Shown here: positions 19,449-29,268 of the stretch, one piece after another
Layout of the letters: every line of letters starts with the position of its first letter
Position numbering within the stretch: the stretch's first letter is position 1
Source of the DNA: an uncultured Bacteroidales bacterium
GTDB taxonomy: Bacteria > Bacteroidota > Bacteroidia > Bacteroidales > ML635J-15
Direction: 5' to 3'
Assembly (NCBI GenBank): GCA_964493875.1
Contig: CAZBPT010000001.1
Coordinates: forward strand, 53,020 to 104,506
DNA: 51,487 nucleotides
The notes under the pieces: generated by a model
Told to the model about the DNA's origin: nothing
Database searches by the model: none
The model's input: only the letters and a program-made list of their open reading frames with translations
Position numbers and translations under genes: made by a program

Positions 19449-20054
19449 TTAAAAATCGAAAAGTGAATTTTCTTTGATTGGTAACAAGCGATAACTCATT
19501 CGGTGATATTCAGAAACACCGAATTTTTCTATTGCTTCCCTATGTTTTTTTGTTGGATATGCTTTATTTTTATTCCAATCATAATATGGATATTTCAGAT
19601 GTAATTGTTCAATATATTCATCTCTATATGTTTTTGCCAAAATGGAAGCTGCAGCAATCGACATATAAGTAGCATCGCCTTTTATTATGCATTTGTGAGG
19701 AATATTTTTATAAATTTTAAATCTATTTCCGTCAATTAGTAATATTTCGGGAATAACGTTCAGTTTATCTACGGCAATGTGCATCGCCTTTATAGACGCG
19801 TTTAGAATATTTATTTTATCAATTTCGACATTATCGACACTTGCAACTGCAAAGTCGATTGCATTATTTTCGATTTCGCTTTTAAGTAAAAGACGTTGTT
19901 TTTCCGATAATTGTTTTGAGTCGTTCAGGATATCGTTATGATAATCGGCAGGAAGAATAACCGCAGCCGCAAAAACGGGTCCTGCGAGACAACCACGACC
20001 GGCTTCATCACAACCTGCTTCAATTTTTCCTGCTTCAAAAAATTGTTTAAGCAT
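19449..20054 (-). CDS. rnhB: ribonuclease HII
   Basis: [15 protein letters not shown] and a later DSK motif, 201 aa. Confidence 0.92.
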   Translation of the reverse strand: MLKQFFEAGKIEAGCDEAGRGCLAGPVFAAAVILPADYHNDILNDSKQLSEKQRLLLKSEIENNAIDFAVASVDNVEIDKINILNASIKAMHIAVDKLNVIPEILLIDGNRFKIYKNIPHKCIIKGDATYMSIAAASILAKTYRDEYIEQLHLKYPYYDWNKNKAYPTKKHREAIEKFGVSEYHRMSYRLLPIKENSLFDF

Positions 20055-21177
20055 TATTTACCGTTTTTTCTATACAGTCCCACATAATTTTTGCTGACCT
20101 CTCCCAAGAAAATTTCTTAACCTGTTCTTTACCATTTTCGACCAAAGAATCACCTATTTCGCTGTTTTTTATAAGTTGTATCATATATTTGGCAACAGTT
20201 TCATAATCGTTAGGGTCGGCATAAAGAGCAGCATTTCCTGCTACTTCGGGAAGTGAACTCGTATTTGAAGAAATTATAGGAATTTCACAGGCCATTGCTT
20301 CAACAAGAGGAATTCCAAAACCTTCGAAAAAAGGAATGTACAATAATGCCAATGCAGATGCCATCAATTTATGAAGAACTTCGTTTTCAAGTCGTCCTGT
20401 AAAAATTACGTCTTTTCGGCTTTCAATATTTTGTAAACATTCATCAATCTCATCAGTGAGATGCATAGCAGAGCCAACAATGACAAGCTTTTGAGGGAAG
20501 TCTCCTGAACGCTTAAACAAATCAAAACTTCTTAATAATCCGGGAATATTTTTTCTAGGATTTAGTGCACCCACAAAAATAAAATAATCTTGGTCATCGG
20601 TATATTTAGTTTTAACGATATTTTTTTCGCTAAGTTTTATTGGTTTATATATTGAATTTGCAGCGTTGTAACAAACAGTGATTTTATCGGAATCAACACA
20701 AAAAGTTTTAGAGATATCTGATTTTGAAAACTCCGAAACAGAAATAATATGTTCAGCCTTTCGAGCAAATTTTGGAAAATAGTAATTATAATATTTTCTA
20801 GTCAAAAAAGGCAACCTTTCAGGATTATGAACAAAATTAATGTCGTGAATAACCGGAATTTGTTTCACAAATGTAGACAGCGAAAGAAATCCATCTGGAG
20901 ATAGAAAAACATCGGCATTGATTTTTTTTAATATTTTTGGAATTTGTAATTCAAACCAAATATAATATAAAAAAGGATGTCTTGCCTGTGGAGAAACAAC
21001 AATGGGAGTGACATTTTCGGAAAAAATAAAAGAATTGTCGTAAGGACGGTCAAAAATGAAATAAAAATTATGATTCGGATTGTTTTTTGTTAATCGTTTT
21101 AATGTTTCAAAACTAAACCAACCTATTCCTTCTAATTTACCTCTCAATAACAAACGTGTATTTACCGCGATATTCAT
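20047..21177 (-). CDS. glycosyltransferase family 1 (GT-B)
   Basis: C-terminal half has [28 protein letters not shown] (the E-x7-E region). Its 3' end overlaps the rnhB start by 8 nt. Confidence 0.8.
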   Translation of the reverse strand: MNIAVNTRLLLRGKLEGIGWFSFETLKRLTKNNPNHNFYFIFDRPYDNSFIFSENVTPIVVSPQARHPFLYYIWFELQIPKILKKINADVFLSPDGFLSLSTFVKQIPVIHDINFVHNPERLPFLTRKYYNYYFPKFARKAEHIISVSEFSKSDISKTFCVDSDKITVCYNAANSIYKPIKLSEKNIVKTKYTDDQDYFIFVGALNPRKNIPGLLRSFDLFKRSGDFPQKLVIVGSAMHLTDEIDECLQNIESRKDVIFTGRLENEVLHKLMASALALLYIPFFEGFGIPLVEAMACEIPIISSNTSSLPEVAGNAALYADPNDYETVAKYMIQLIKNSEIGDSLVENGKEQVKKFSWERSAKIMWDCIEKTVNNA

Positions 21178-21926
21178 TATAATAATTTTAATTGTCTTGC
21201 ATATTCCAAATCACGAGGCGTATCAATAGACAAAGATTCATACTCTGTATAAGCAATTTTAATTTTATAAGCATTTTCTATCCACCGCAATTGTTCCAAA
21301 GATTCAACTTTTTCCAATGAAGACTGTGGTAATTTTGTGATTTCCAACAAAATATCCTTTCGATAAGCATACAAACCAATATGTTTGAAATATTTATGAT
21401 TTGTAAGCCAACGCTTCTTATCCATTCCTCTGTAGTATGGAATTACAGAGCGACTAAAATAAATTGCCTCATTTTTATTATTGATAACGATTTTTGGTTT
21501 ATTAACGTCAAACAAATCTTCTTGGTTACTGATATATTTTGCCAAAGTAGCAATTTGTGTTTTTTTCGATTTGAAACATTTTTTAATAATATTTATTTGT
21601 TCTATGTTAATAAATGGTTCATCGCCTTGCAAATTTATTACAACGTCAAAAGTTTTATTTTCAATTTTTTCAATTTTTAAAATTGCCTCTGCACATCTGT
21701 CTGTTCCACTTTTGTGCTTTTTCTTAGTCATTACAACTTTACCATTGAAAGACAAAACAGCGGAATAAATTTTTTCATCATCAGTAGCTACGTAAACATC
21801 ACTAAACACTTTTGATGCCTGTTCATAAACATGTTGAATCATTGGCTTCCCGTTGATATTTACAAGCGGTTTCCCAGGGAAACGGGTGGAAGCAAATCTA
21901 GCCGGAATTATTACTATAAAATCCAT
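21177..21926 (-). CDS. kdsB: 3-deoxy-manno-octulosonate cytidylyltransferase (CMP-Kdo synthetase)
   Basis: IIPARFASTRFPGKPL and NLQGDEPF, 249 aa. Confidence 0.92.
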   Translation of the reverse strand: MDFIVIIPARFASTRFPGKPLVNINGKPMIQHVYEQASKVFSDVYVATDDEKIYSAVLSFNGKVVMTKKKHKSGTDRCAEAILKIEKIENKTFDVVINLQGDEPFINIEQINIIKKCFKSKKTQIATLAKYISNQEDLFDVNKPKIVINNKNEAIYFSRSVIPYYRGMDKKRWLTNHKYFKHIGLYAYRKDILLEITKLPQSSLEKVESLEQLRWIENAYKIKIAYTEYESLSIDTPRDLEYARQLKLL

Positions 21927-21939
21927 TTGAATTTTTTTA

Positions 21940-21947
21940 CAAAAATA
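21940..21947 (-). promoter_or_regulatory. putative -7 box (TATTTTTG on the minus strand) for the kdsB-GT1-rnhB operon
   Basis: The reverse complement of CAAAAATA lies 14 nt upstream of the kdsB ATG. Confidence 0.4.
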
Positions 21948-22004
21948 CTAATTTTTAGATAATTATTACATTTTTTCTGATTTTTGTTATTCAATAAAAA
22001 TGTT

Positions 22005-22012
22005 TATATTTG
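22005..22012 (+). promoter_or_regulatory. putative -7 box (TATATTTG) for pgk
   Basis: Lies 20 nt upstream of the ATG at 22032. Its position argues against the TTG start at 21984 used by the ORF track. Confidence 0.4.
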
Positions 22013-22031
22013 TAAATATAAAAATTATATA

Positions 22032-23228
22032 ATGATTTCAATAGATAATTACGATTTTAAAAACAAAAAAGTATTATTAAGAGTAGATTTTAATGTTCCT
22101 ATTATTGGCAATTGGGAAGAGTATGATTTCACAAGAATAAAACTATCCGTTCCAATAATTTTAAAAATTTTAACAGACGGTGGCTCTGTAATATTGCTCT
22201 CTCACTGGGGTCAGCCATTAGGAAAAGTTGAAGAAAGTCGCTCTTTCAAAAAAATTCTTCCCCATATTGAAAGAATTCTCAATGTGAAGAAAATATTTTT
22301 TTGTGAAAATCCTTTCGACCGTAAAACTGCTGAAACAGCAAAAAAATTAAAAAGCGGAGAAATTCTATTGTTGGAAAATCTAAGATTTTTTCCTGAAGAG
22401 ATAACAGAAAATGAAGAATTCGCACAATTATTAGCTTCTTTTGGAAATTGTTATGTAAACGATGCTTTCGGAGCATCTCACAGAGTTCATACCTCTACTG
22501 TTACTCTTCCAAAATATTTTCCATACGATAAAATGCTTGGCTACTCTTTTGAAAAAGAAATTACAAAACTCGACAACTTAATTATTGATAACAATAAAGT
22601 TCCTTTCACACTTCTAATTGGTGGAAATAAAATATCATCAAAAATTGGCGTTATAGAAGCCTTAATTACCAAAATCGACAATCTACTAATTGGTGGAGCT
22701 CTGGCATTCCCATTTTTAGCTGTATATGGCAATAAAACAGGAAATATTACTATTGAAAAGAAACATATCGAAACAGCAAAACGGATAATGAATTTAGCAA
22801 ATAAACACAATGTAAAAATTCACTTGCCAATAGATTTTGTTATCTCTGATGTTATTAGCGAAGATGGTAGTATTAGTCATTGCGAAAAGAGCGAAATTCC
22901 TAATGGTTGGTCGGCTCTTGACATCGGAATTAAAACAATTGAAAATTTTGTTGATGTCATTTCAAACTCAAAAACTCTTCTCTGGGACGGCCCAATGGGA
23001 ATGTATGAAATTCCAAATTTCTCATACGGTACTTTAAAAATTGCATTGTCAATTGGACGACTCACCGACAAAGGACTATTTTCAGTAGTTGGCGGCGGGG
23101 ACACTATCGCAGCGTTAAACAAATACAGCATCTCACACAAAATGTCGTATATAAGTTCCGCAGGTGGTGCTTTGCTAGAATACCTCGAAAAAAATTCTCT
23201 TCCTGCTATTGAGGCAATAAAAAAATCT
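22032..23228 (+). other. PGK unit 1 (divergent copy, 399 aa)
   Basis: SHWGQP replaces SHLGRP, YDFTRI replaces DDTRI, GGALAFPF replaces GGG..YTF, and WDGPMGMYE replaces WNGP.GVFE. Confidence 0.8.
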
Positions 23229-24422
23229 TTCGACATTGATAGTTACGACTTCAAAAACAAGAAAGCAATTATTCGTGTTGATTTTAATGTTCCTCTTGAC
23301 GAAAATTTCAATGTAGTTGATGATACCAGAATTATTACAGCCTCTCCTTCAATAAGAAAAATATTAACAGACGGAGGCTCTGTAATTTTAATAACCCACT
23401 TGGGAAGACCAAAAGGCAAATATGACGAAAAGTTGTCTGTTAAACATATTGTTTCTCATCTATCTCAACGATTAGGACAAGAAGTAAAATTTTCCGGAGA
23501 AATTATTGGTAAGAATACGACAAAAATGGCAAAAGAGTTGAAACCGGGTGAAATTATGATATTGGAAAATGTTCGCTTCGACCCTCGTGAAACTGAGAAT
23601 AACGAAGAATTTGCAAAAGAACTAGCCCAATTAGGAGATGTTTACATTATGAACGCCTTTGGAACTGCTCACCGTGCACATGCCTCTACTTATAATATCG
23701 CTAAATTCTTTCCAAAAGATAAAATGCTCGGATATTTAGTAGAAAGTGAAATAAATAGTATAAACAAAATTCTTCAAAGAGCCGAAAAACCGTTCACTGC
23801 TATTATTGGCGGTTCTAAAATATCCACTAAAATTAATATCATTAAAGCTTTAATTAAAAAAGTCGATTGTCTTATTATCGGTGGCGGGATAAGCTATACT
23901 TTTATTAAAGCCATGGGAGGCAGTATTGGCGACTCTCTTTTTGAAGAAGATTTCATTAAAACTGCTGAAGAAATTATTGAAGAAGCTAACAGATGCGGAG
24001 TAAAATTAATCCTACCTATAGATTGCATTATTGCGAATAAATTTGATAATAACGCCGATATCAAAATTTCTAAAATCACTCAAATTCCTGACGGCTGGCA
24101 AAGTTTAGACATAGGAATCAAAACATCTGAACTTTTTACAAAAATCATTGAAAATTCTAAAACAATTTTATGGAATGGACCTGTAGGAGTTTTTGAAATG
24201 GAACACTTCTGCAACGGAACTATAAAAATTGCATTGGCAGTTTCAAGAGCTACGGCAAAAGGTGCTTACTCTGTTGTTGGTGGTGGTGATAGCATTGCTG
24301 CTCTTAATAAATATAATTTGGCAGATTCTATCAGTTTTATATCAACTGCAGGTGGTGCTTTATTGGAATATATTGAAAATGGAGACCTGCCAAGCATTAA
24401 AGCTATTAGAACAAATATATAA
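22032..24422 (+). CDS. pgk: tandem phosphoglycerate kinase fusion (PGK-PGK, about 796 aa)
   Basis: One continuous frame holds two complete PGK units. RVDFNVP, ENLRF/ENVRF, NDAFG..HR / NAFGTAHRAH, GG.KIS.KI, W.GP.G..E, GGGD.IAA and AGGALLEY each occur twice. Confidence 0.9.
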   Translation: MISIDNYDFKNKKVLLRVDFNVPIIGNWEEYDFTRIKLSVPIILKILTDGGSVILLSHWGQPLGKVEESRSFKKILPHIERILNVKKIFFCENPFDRKTAETAKKLKSGEILLLENLRFFPEEITENEEFAQLLASFGNCYVNDAFGASHRVHTSTVTLPKYFPYDKMLGYSFEKEITKLDNLIIDNNKVPFTLLIGGNKISSKIGVIEALITKIDNLLIGGALAFPFLAVYGNKTGNITIEKKHIETAKRIMNLANKHNVKIHLPIDFVISDVISEDGSISHCEKSEIPNGWSALDIGIKTIENFVDVISNSKTLLWDGPMGMYEIPNFSYGTLKIALSIGRLTDKGLFSVVGGGDTIAALNKYSISHKMSYISSAGGALLEYLEKNSLPAIEAIKKSFDIDSYDFKNKKAIIRVDFNVPLDENFNVVDDTRIITASPSIRKILTDGGSVILITHLGRPKGKYDEKLSVKHIVSHLSQRLGQEVKFSGEIIGKNTTKMAKELKPGEIMILENVRFDPRETENNEEFAKELAQLGDVYIMNAFGTAHRAHASTYNIAKFFPKDKMLGYLVESEINSINKILQRAEKPFTAIIGGSKISTKINIIKALIKKVDCLIIGGGISYTFIKAMGGSIGDSLFEEDFIKTAEEIIEEANRCGVKLILPIDCIIANKFDNNADIKISKITQIPDGWQSLDIGIKTSELFTKIIENSKTILWNGPVGVFEMEHFCNGTIKIALAVSRATAKGAYSVVGGGDSIAALNKYNLADSISFISTAGGALLEYIENGDLPSIKAIRTNI
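23229..24422 (+). other. PGK unit 2 (canonical copy, 397 aa plus stop)
   Basis: Begins FDIDSYDFKNKKAIIRVDFNVPLDENFNVVDDTRI with no linker and no Met. Retains THLGRPKG, NAFGTAHRAHAS, GGGISYTF and WNGPVGVFE. Confidence 0.85.
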
Positions 24423-24439
24423 TTTCGAAAACTATAATT

Positions 24440-25321
24440 ATGAACATTGCGATCTATGGTAGAAATTTTGGAAATAATTTCACCGGAATGGCAATTCAAC
24501 TATTTGAAGAGCTAAAAAGTAATAATGTCAACATCTTCATCAATAAAAAATTTTATATATTCCTAAAAGAAAAGATATATTATAATTTATTAAACGCTAC
24601 TCTTTTCGAAAACGAATTACCTAAAAATACAAAAATTGATTTCCTTTTCAGTGTTGGTGGTGATGGAACTTTCCTTGAAGCATCATCGCTAATATATAAT
24701 TCCAGTATCCCTATTTTAGGCATAAATACGGGAAGACTTGGGTTCCTGTCATATGTAAATTCAAAAATACTTATTATGTCTATTCAACAAGTATTACAGG
24801 GAAAATTTACTACTGAAAAAAGAATGTTGTTAGACGTTAATGCAGGAAATAACTTCTATGGGAATAACAGTTATTGCTTAAACGACTTTGTTGTCCAAAA
24901 AAAATCTTCTTCAAGTATGATTAAAACTAAAGTTTTTATCAACAATTCTTTATTAAATACTTACTTATCTGACGGGATTATTATTTCTACCCCAACCGGC
25001 TCTACTGCTTACTCACTAAGTTGTGGAGGTCCAATTATTGAACCTAAATCGGAAGTGATCCTAATAACTCCAATTGCAAATCATAATCTTACTGTACGAC
25101 CAATTGTAGTTTCTGCTAATTCAGAAATACAAGTCGTTTTTGAATCTTCTATAAATCACCTTCTTGTATCTATGGATTATCGTAGTTTTGAAATAGATAA
25201 AATAAAATCCATAAACATAAAAAAATCAGATAAATACATTTACTTCGTTAATCTTTTTGAAAATAATTACTTCCTTACTCTCAGCGAAAAATTATACTGG
25301 GGGCTTGATATCAGAACCTAA
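24440..25321 (+). CDS. nadK: NAD+ kinase
   Basis: GGDGTFL and STPTGSTAYSLSCGGPI, 293 aa. Confidence 0.9.
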   Translation: MNIAIYGRNFGNNFTGMAIQLFEELKSNNVNIFINKKFYIFLKEKIYYNLLNATLFENELPKNTKIDFLFSVGGDGTFLEASSLIYNSSIPILGINTGRLGFLSYVNSKILIMSIQQVLQGKFTTEKRMLLDVNAGNNFYGNNSYCLNDFVVQKKSSSSMIKTKVFINNSLLNTYLSDGIIISTPTGSTAYSLSCGGPIIEPKSEVILITPIANHNLTVRPIVVSANSEIQVVFESSINHLLVSMDYRSFEIDKIKSINIKKSDKYIYFVNLFENNYFLTLSEKLYWGLDIRT

Positions 25322-25325
25322 ATTT

Positions 25326-26354
25326 CTAATAATTATTTAACTTTGATTTATAATTCTCATTAAATTTTATCCAGTCAACTTGATTTTTATAATGATCTGC
25401 TCCGAAATAATCTAAAATTTTCTCTAGTACTATTGTAGGAACATATGCCCTCTGAATATTCAAAAGTTTAAAATCTTCATCAAAAAGCACAACAGCAGGG
25501 AATCTTAATTCCGGTTGTAACAACGCCAACACAAATTTATGCGGATAACCTTTAACTTTACCTTCGTTGGCAAATACTGCTCCATCAGGAAACGTTAATG
25601 TATCTTTCATGTCGTAATTGATTTTTACAGGATAATAATTATTATTTATATAATCTGCTATTACAGGATGTCTAATAGTGGAGCTCAACATTATTTTTGA
25701 GACATTACTATATTCCGAAGCTACAAATAAAAATATTTTTTTGGGATTTGTCTTCATTAATTCGATACAATCCTGGATATCAATCCAATTTATTTTTGCA
25801 GTAGTAATAGTTGTGGAATCTGCATAAAATGTATCTTTAAAATCACTATAAAACAACTGATAATCTGCTTGCTTATTTACTCTCTCTGCAAAATATATCA
25901 ATATCGGTTCAATATCCTTAACAGACATAAAACCGGGAACAGCTACGGGATTCCACTCATAATCTATATATACTATTGAAGGATATGAAAGACGAGAATT
26001 CAACATCTTTACTGCAAAGGTATTTGGCGATCTTTTTGTTCCCAAAGGAGATGGATTAAAAAATTTTTCGCCTTTATATTCAACAGTGTCAAAACCTTCT
26101 GCATCAAATTTTACAGGATAAAAATTAGTATTTATATATTCTGCAATAGTCGGATTTGTAAATGTTTCTGCATCCATCTTTTTACACCAGCCACACCACG
26201 AAGTGTACATGTCTATCATAATGGTTTTAGGATTAGTTTCTTGCAATTTAATGGCTTCCTGAATTGTAAGCCACTTTACACTCGAATTGTTAAGTTGTTG
26301 AGAAAAAAGGTTATACGAAACAAATAGCAATAATATAATCAAAATTTTTTTCAT
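25326..26354 (-). CDS. secreted thioredoxin-fold protein with two tandem domains (DUF255-like)
   Basis: I place the start at MKKILIILLLFVSYNLFSQQ (26354). The ORF-track extension to 26594 overlaps ribD and its promoter. Domain 1 has WCGWCKKMD; domain 2 is homologous but reads SEYSNVSKIM and has no cysteines. Confidence 0.75.
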   Translation of the reverse strand: MKKILIILLLFVSYNLFSQQLNNSSVKWLTIQEAIKLQETNPKTIMIDMYTSWCGWCKKMDAETFTNPTIAEYINTNFYPVKFDAEGFDTVEYKGEKFFNPSPLGTKRSPNTFAVKMLNSRLSYPSIVYIDYEWNPVAVPGFMSVKDIEPILIYFAERVNKQADYQLFYSDFKDTFYADSTTITTAKINWIDIQDCIELMKTNPKKIFLFVASEYSNVSKIMLSSTIRHPVIADYINNNYYPVKINYDMKDTLTFPDGAVFANEGKVKGYPHKFVLALLQPELRFPAVVLFDEDFKLLNIQRAYVPTIVLEKILDYFGADHYKNQVDWIKFNENYKSKLNNY

Positions 26355-26426
26355 AATAATATAACTACTTTTATTAATTTTTATTATGATATAAGTTAAT
26401 AATTTTGAATTTCTTTTATAATTTAT

Positions 26427-26434
26427 TAATTTTG
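26427..26434 (+). promoter_or_regulatory. putative -7 box (TAATTTTG) for ribD
   Basis: Lies 11 nt upstream of the ATG at 26445. Confidence 0.4.
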
Positions 26435-26444
26435 CAAAAACAAT

Positions 26445-27491
26445 ATGATACACGAAGATTATATGCAACGTTGCTTGGAATTGGCAAAAAATGGCTTCGG
26501 TAATGTTGCTCCAAATCCTATGGTTGGCGCTGTTGTTGTATTCCAGGGCATAATTATTGGAGAAGGGTATCATAAAGAATATGGCAAACCTCACGCCGAA
26601 GTAAATGCCATTAATTCTGTAAAAGATAAATCATTACTTAAAGATTCCACTTTATACGTTTCTCTAGAGCCTTGTTGCCATTTCGGAAAAACGCCTCCTT
26701 GCACCGATTTGATAATTAAATCCAAAATAAAAAATGTGGTTGTCGCAAGCATAGACCCAAACCCATTGGTACATGAAAATGGAATTGCAATACTTAAACA
26801 AGCAGGTATTAATGTAATAAGCAATATTTTAGAAAAAGAAGCAATATTTCTAAATCGCCGTTTCTACACTTTTAACTTGAAAAAACGTCCATATATTATT
26901 CTGAAATGGGCTCAGTCTTCCGACAATTATATAGATTCTATAAGGCACTCTGCAAAAGAAAAACCTGTTTATTTTATTGACAATTTTGGAAAAACATTGG
27001 TGCATAAAATGAGAGCAGAAGAGTCTGCAATCCTTATCGGCAAAAAAACAGCCTTACTTGATAATCCTTGTCTCACTTGCAGAAATTTCTTCGGGAAAAA
27101 CCCAACTCGAATTATTATTGACAGAAATCTCGAATTAGATAAAAATCTCAATATTTTCAATGACGAAGCAAAAACAATTATTTTTAATCTTATTAAAACA
27201 GAAAATAACAATAATCTGTCTTATATTAAAATTAATGATTGCAACAATATGATTGAAGAAATTAACAACAAGCTTTTTATGTTGGGAATACAATCTATAA
27301 TTATTGAAGGAGGAAACAATATTTTATCTCAATATATTGAAAAAAATTTATGGGACGAAGCAAGAGTTTTTACTTCAAAAACTATACTTGGCAAGGGCGT
27401 TCCTGCTCCTAAAATCGAAAAAAATCCAAATAATATTGAAATGATTAATAATTATTCCTTAAAAACTTTTTATAATGACGAACACAAATAA
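26445..27491 (+). CDS. ribD: bifunctional diaminohydroxyphosphoribosylaminopyrimidine deaminase / 5-amino-6-(5-phosphoribosylamino)uracil reductase
   Basis: Deaminase zinc motifs HAEVNA and PCCHFGKTPPC, followed by the reductase half, 348 aa. Confidence 0.9.
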   Translation: MIHEDYMQRCLELAKNGFGNVAPNPMVGAVVVFQGIIIGEGYHKEYGKPHAEVNAINSVKDKSLLKDSTLYVSLEPCCHFGKTPPCTDLIIKSKIKNVVVASIDPNPLVHENGIAILKQAGINVISNILEKEAIFLNRRFYTFNLKKRPYIILKWAQSSDNYIDSIRHSAKEKPVYFIDNFGKTLVHKMRAEESAILIGKKTALLDNPCLTCRNFFGKNPTRIIIDRNLELDKNLNIFNDEAKTIIFNLIKTENNNNLSYIKINDCNNMIEEINNKLFMLGIQSIIIEGGNNILSQYIEKNLWDEARVFTSKTILGKGVPAPKIEKNPNNIEMINNYSLKTFYNDEHK

Positions 27492-28395
27492 TAATTTCAG
27501 CAAAGGACAAAAAACTATAATAATTATCGCGATTTTTGCGGCTGCATTTCTTATTTCACAAATACTAAGCGTTTATATCATGGATCTTTTTGGAGTCGGG
27601 ATTAATATTAACAACATTACAGCAGAACAAAAATATGAAATTTTCGGGATAAAGCTCGCTCAACTTTTCGCAAGTTTAGTCATGTTTGTCATTCCTCCTA
27701 TTATCATTGCAAAGATTTTTAAAAATAAAATATCAGAATATTTACAAATAAAATCATCGCCAAAAGCTATATGCTATTTACTCACATTGTTATTTATGAT
27801 AGCGTCATATCCATTACTATCAATAATTTCTGAATGGAACGCTTCATTAAGATTTCCCGAATCCATAAAATTTCTTGAAGAAATATTTCGTTTGGCAGAA
27901 GAAACAAATTCTAATATTACCAATTTAATTCTTTCTGGTACAACAATCAGCGATTTGTTGTTAAATATACTTGTAATAGCAATTATTCCCGCCGTGGGTG
28001 AAGAATTTGTTTTTCGCGGATTGTTACAGAAATATTTGATAAAAGCTATTAAAAATCCACACATAGGAATAATTATTTCTGCTTTTATTTTTTCAGCAAT
28101 ACATTTCTCATTATTTGGCTTTGTTCCTAGATTTATATTAGGAATTTTTCTTGGTTATTTAGCATGGAGATTTTCTTCTCTTATTCCTGGCATTTTTGCA
28201 CATTTTTTAAATAACGCATTTGCAGTTTGCTTGTCGTTTTACTTCAGTAAAATTGGGCAAACACAAAATTTGGAAGATATCAATATATACCCCGACAACA
28301 TTTACTTACTTATCGGAATTACAGTAATAGCCTCTGTATTGGGATTATTATTATTTGCAAATATAAAAAGAAAGAAAATTAGAAAGATAATTTAG
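27475..28395 (+). CDS. CPBP family intramembrane glutamic endopeptidase
   Basis: Polytopic protein with EEFVFRGLL, FSAIHF and HFLNN motifs. Overlaps the ribD end by 17 nt. Confidence 0.8.
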   Translation: MTNTNNNFSKGQKTIIIIAIFAAAFLISQILSVYIMDLFGVGININNITAEQKYEIFGIKLAQLFASLVMFVIPPIIIAKIFKNKISEYLQIKSSPKAICYLLTLLFMIASYPLLSIISEWNASLRFPESIKFLEEIFRLAEETNSNITNLILSGTTISDLLLNILVIAIIPAVGEEFVFRGLLQKYLIKAIKNPHIGIIISAFIFSAIHFSLFGFVPRFILGIFLGYLAWRFSSLIPGIFAHFLNNAFAVCLSFYFSKIGQTQNLEDINIYPDNIYLLIGITVIASVLGLLLFANIKRKKIRKII

Positions 28396-28428
28396 AGTAA
28401 AATATATTGTATTGCGTCTTTCTGTATT

Positions 28429-28445
28429 AAAAACCGTGACAACAA
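28429..28445 (-). repeat. 17-mer TTGTTGTCACGGTTTTT, copy 2 (inverted relative to 3274..3290)
   Basis: The plus strand reads AAAAACCGTGACAACAA. It sits in the 77-nt spacer between the convergent CPBP and GT2 genes. Confidence 0.6.
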
Positions 28446-28472
28446 GAAAGTTCAAGTTTAAATGTTTTTTAC

Positions 28473-29252
28473 TTAATTTTTTACAAAAATTTTCGAAAAG
28501 ATTTTCCTTATTAACATTGAAGGATAACCATAAATGATTGCCATAAAGCACAATACAGTATTTAACAACGATATTTTTATAAAATCTTTTCTAGAATCAA
28601 AATGAGAAAGTCTTTCTTCTTGGGGAGGGTAATATACATTAATAAAAACCGGCTTTAAATGAATATTTGCCCATGCTGCTCGTACAAGCATCTCTAATTC
28701 TGCTTCATACCTATTACTTAATGACTTAAAATGTCTTAACTTATTCAACGGATATAATCTGTAACCCGTTTGAGTATCAGGAAGTTTCTTAAATGTTTGT
28801 AAACAAAACCAAAAATTTGAAAATCTGTTCGCAAATTTATTCTGCTTAGGCATATTAGGATTCGAAAAATCTCTACAGCCTATTACCATCGAATCTTTAT
28901 TCTCACGCACAGCAGAAATAAACAAAGGTAAATCATCAACTTTATGTTGCCCATCGGCATCTATTGTAACTGCGTACTCATAACCTAACTGCCTAGCAAA
29001 CAAAAAACCACGTTTCAAAGCATAGCCTTTACCACGATTTTTTTCATAACTTTCAATTTTAATAATATCTCTATATCTGCTTAAAACTTCTCCTGTTCCG
29101 TCAGTAGAACCGTCATTCACAACAATGATATTATCAAAACATGAAATGCAATCATCTAAAACATTATTGATGATTTTTTCACTATTATAAACAGGAATAA
29201 TAATACATATTTTATTATCCCCAATAATATTATTAATGTCTTCTCTAAGCAT
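28473..29252 (-). CDS. glycosyltransferase family 2
   Basis: CIIIPVYNSEK, VVNDGSTDGT and TIDADGQH (DxD-type), with one C-terminal hydrophobic segment. Confidence 0.8.
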   Translation of the reverse strand: MLREDINNIIGDNKICIIIPVYNSEKIINNVLDDCISCFDNIIVVNDGSTDGTGEVLSRYRDIIKIESYEKNRGKGYALKRGFLFARQLGYEYAVTIDADGQHKVDDLPLFISAVRENKDSMVIGCRDFSNPNMPKQNKFANRFSNFWFCLQTFKKLPDTQTGYRLYPLNKLRHFKSLSNRYEAELEMLVRAAWANIHLKPVFINVYYPPQEERLSHFDSRKDFIKISLLNTVLCFMAIIYGYPSMLIRKIFSKIFVKN

Positions 29253-29268
29253 GCTGGCAAATTGGAAC

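Noticed and set aside
21984-22031. N-terminal extensions given by the ORF track: pgk from TTG at 21984, the thioredoxin-like gene to 26594, glmM from 39458, the T9SS cargo gene to 18069, and the FKBP genes to 10945 and 11807.
   Set aside because: The extensions overlap neighbouring genes or promoter boxes, or precede obvious signal peptides and conserved N-termini (MISIDNYDF..., MKKILIILLLF..., MALIKSISGIRG...). I use the internal ATG starts instead.
22032-24422. The possibility that the doubled pgk is a collapsed or expanded assembly repeat.
   Set aside because: The two units differ at roughly half of their residues and extensively at the DNA level, and they join in frame without duplicated flanks. 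An assembly artefact would give near-identical copies.
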